NCBI GenBank assembly: GCA_045605805.1
Contig: JAZUQR010000021.1
Coordinates: forward strand, 1 to 64,000
From: Alphaproteobacteria bacterium
Lineage (GTDB): Bacteria > Pseudomonadota > Alphaproteobacteria > CAAHEQ01 > UBA3637
DNA length: 64,000 bases
Direction: 5' to 3'
Shown here piece by piece: positions 62,294 to 64,000 of this stretch (its first letter is position 1; every line of letters begins with the position of its first letter). The notes below the pieces were generated by a model. The model searched no databases and was not told the origin of the DNA. It worked only from the letters and a program-made list of their open reading frames with translations. Made by a program: the position numbers and the translations under genes.

Positions 62294-62743
62294 ATGGAAA
62301 AAACATTACAAGATTTAACAAGACAATTATTGGCCTTGGCTCAAAGTGCAGCCGATGAAAGGGTTTTGCCGCAGGAAATGGTTCTTATTCAAGAAAAAGC
62401 CTTTGAGGTTCAAGAAAAAATGATGGCCGAGTTGGAACAAGCCGAAGAAAAAGCCAATGATATCCGTTCTGTTCAAAACATTTTTCAAATTCGTGAAGAT
62501 GTATGGGATATTATGAATAACTTGGCCATTCGTGAAGCCGAGGTCAAAGCAAAGTTTGGCTTAAAAGAAGAAGTCAAACCCGCCAAACATCATTGTTGTT
62601 GTGGTCATCACCACGAAGACAAACATGAATGCTGTTGTGGTCATCACCATGAAGACGAACACGAATGTTGTTGTAAAAACAAAAAAACGACAAAAACGAA
62701 ATGCTGTTCCAAGAAGGAGAAGAAAACATGCCGCAAAAAATAA
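62294..62743 (+). CDS. Hypothetical protein with His/Cys-rich tail
   Basis: Helical N-terminus; HHCCCGHHHED-KHECCCGHHHED-EHECCC. Confidence 0.75.
   Translation: MEKTLQDLTRQLLALAQSAADERVLPQEMVLIQEKAFEVQEKMMAELEQAEEKANDIRSVQNIFQIREDVWDIMNNLAIREAEVKAKFGLKEEVKPAKHHCCCGHHHEDKHECCCGHHHEDEHECCCKNKKTTKTKCCSKKEKKTCRKK
62585..62674. repeat. 36-bp imperfect coding tandem repeat, 2.5 copies
   Basis: tgttgtggtcatcacca(c/t)gaagac repeated at 36-bp spacing. Confidence 0.8.
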
Positions 62744-62958
62744 CTTTTGAACAAGCTATGTCTGAATTGGATGAAATTGTGCGTAAATTGGAAAACGGAC
62801 AAATCCCTTTAGAAGAAGCCGTAAAAACTTATGAAAAGGGAATGGAGCTTAAAAAAATATGCGAAGAAGAATTAAAGAATGCCGAAATGAAAATTGAAAA
62901 ATTACAAATTCAAAACGGCACCCCTGTTCAAACGGAGGCATTGGATGAACAACTTTAA
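62728..62958 (+). CDS. xseB: Exodeoxyribonuclease VII small subunit
   Basis: FEQAM.ELDEIV.KLE.G..PLEEA...YEKG. Confidence 0.94.
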   Translation: MPQKITFEQAMSELDEIVRKLENGQIPLEEAVKTYEKGMELKKICEEELKNAEMKIEKLQIQNGTPVQTEALDEQL

Positions 62959-63832
62959 GAATCAACTCAAACAAACCCGATGTCTGATAGATGCCAACTT
63001 GGAAAAATGGCTTGTTGTGCCACATAATTTAAGCGCACAAGTGGTAGAGTCCATGCGATACAGCGCCATCGGGGGCGGCAAAGCCTTTCGGGCATTTTTG
63101 GTGTTGGAAACCGCAAAAATGTTTGGCTTACACGAACAATCTGCCTTAAACATAGCCACTGCCTTAGAAATGGTTCACGCCTATTCTTTAATTCATGATG
63201 ATTTACCATCAATGGACAATGATACTATGCGTCGTGGCAAACCTACAAACCATATACAATATGATGAAGCCACCGCTATTTTGGCCGGTGATGCCCTTTT
63301 AACACAAGCTTTTGAAGTGTTATCCGATGAAAGCACTCATCCCGATGCTGACATTCGTATCAAGTTAGTTCATTTGCTGGCTAAATTGGCTGGAAAAGAC
63401 GGCATGGTTGGCGGACAAATGATTGACCTTATCGGAGAAAAACAAACCTTAAATCTGGAACAAATTGAAATGCTGCAAGACAAAAAAACAGGTGCTTTGT
63501 TGATGTTTGCAAGCATCGCCAGTGCCATTGCCGCAAAGGCGCAGGAAGAATATCTCAACGCCTTAAAAACCTATGCTAAATGCATTGGCCTGATGTTCCA
63601 AATTACAGATGACATTTTGGACATTACAGGGGACAGCACAACCGTTGGCAAAACTTTGGGTAAAGATAAAACCGAAACAAAATCCACCTTTGTATCTGTT
63701 TTGGGCCTTGAACAAGCTAAACTAAAAGCACAGGAATTGGGCGAAAAAGCCGACAGTGCCTTGGTCATCTTTGGGCCAAAGGCCAACCTGTTAAAACAAG
63801 CAAGTCACTTTATTTTGGAAAGAAATTATTGA
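62945..63832 (+). CDS. ispA: Farnesyl diphosphate synthase
   Basis: [31 protein letters not shown]. Confidence 0.94.
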   Translation: MNNFKNQLKQTRCLIDANLEKWLVVPHNLSAQVVESMRYSAIGGGKAFRAFLVLETAKMFGLHEQSALNIATALEMVHAYSLIHDDLPSMDNDTMRRGKPTNHIQYDEATAILAGDALLTQAFEVLSDESTHPDADIRIKLVHLLAKLAGKDGMVGGQMIDLIGEKQTLNLEQIEMLQDKKTGALLMFASIASAIAAKAQEEYLNALKTYAKCIGLMFQITDDILDITGDSTTVGKTLGKDKTETKSTFVSVLGLEQAKLKAQELGEKADSALVIFGPKANLLKQASHFILERNY

Positions 63833-64000
63833 TGCAAAAATTGATGAATAAAGAACAACTAAAGATATTTTGTCAGGCCTTAGCAACCGCCTATCCCAAC
63901 CCCAAATGTGAATTGGTTTGGTCTAATCCGTGGGAGCTTATGGTCGCCATCATCTTATCCGCCCAAAGCACAGACAAAAATGTCAACAAACACACGCCCG
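63832..64000 (+). CDS. nth: Endonuclease III, 5' part truncated by window edge
   Basis: Own translation: [56 protein letters not shown]. Confidence 0.88.
   Translation, partial: MQKLMNKEQLKIFCQALATAYPNPKCELVWSNPWELMVAIILSAQSTDKNVNKHTP

Noticed and set aside
197-63832. Alternative genetic code
   Set aside because: Conserved genes are full length under the standard bacterial code, and TAA, TAG and TGA all act as stops.

Overview
AT-rich chromosomal window from a fermentative, probably host- or gut-associated alphaproteobacterium. The taxon is inferred from alpha-type core genes and synteny (pal-cpoB-tilS-ftsH, fabG-acpP-fabF-mltG, psd-pssA, xseB-ispA) and an alpha-type GAAC-N7-GAAC LexA box. 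It holds mostly housekeeping genes, tRNA-Pro(UGG), tRNA-Leu(UAA), a trimeric [FeFe]-hydrogenase operon next to adhE, and a TolC/MFP/MacB-type exporter. No integrase, transposase, phage or CRISPR was seen. Main points of interest: (1) several genes without signal peptides, each behind its own sigma70-type promoter, whose products (orphans plus DapA and glucokinase) end in basic tails, suggesting a C-terminal secretion signal; (2) a 164-bp integrase-less element that duplicates the tRNA-Pro 3' end with an insertion in the T-loop; (3) a HydB lacking its C-terminal ferredoxin domain; (4) a PilV-like pilin/LamG-like gene pair and a ~60-Cys secreted protein sharing a C-terminal motif; (5) a G10 tract in a gene at the left edge. 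All calls come from reading the sequence and recalling motifs; no searches were run.
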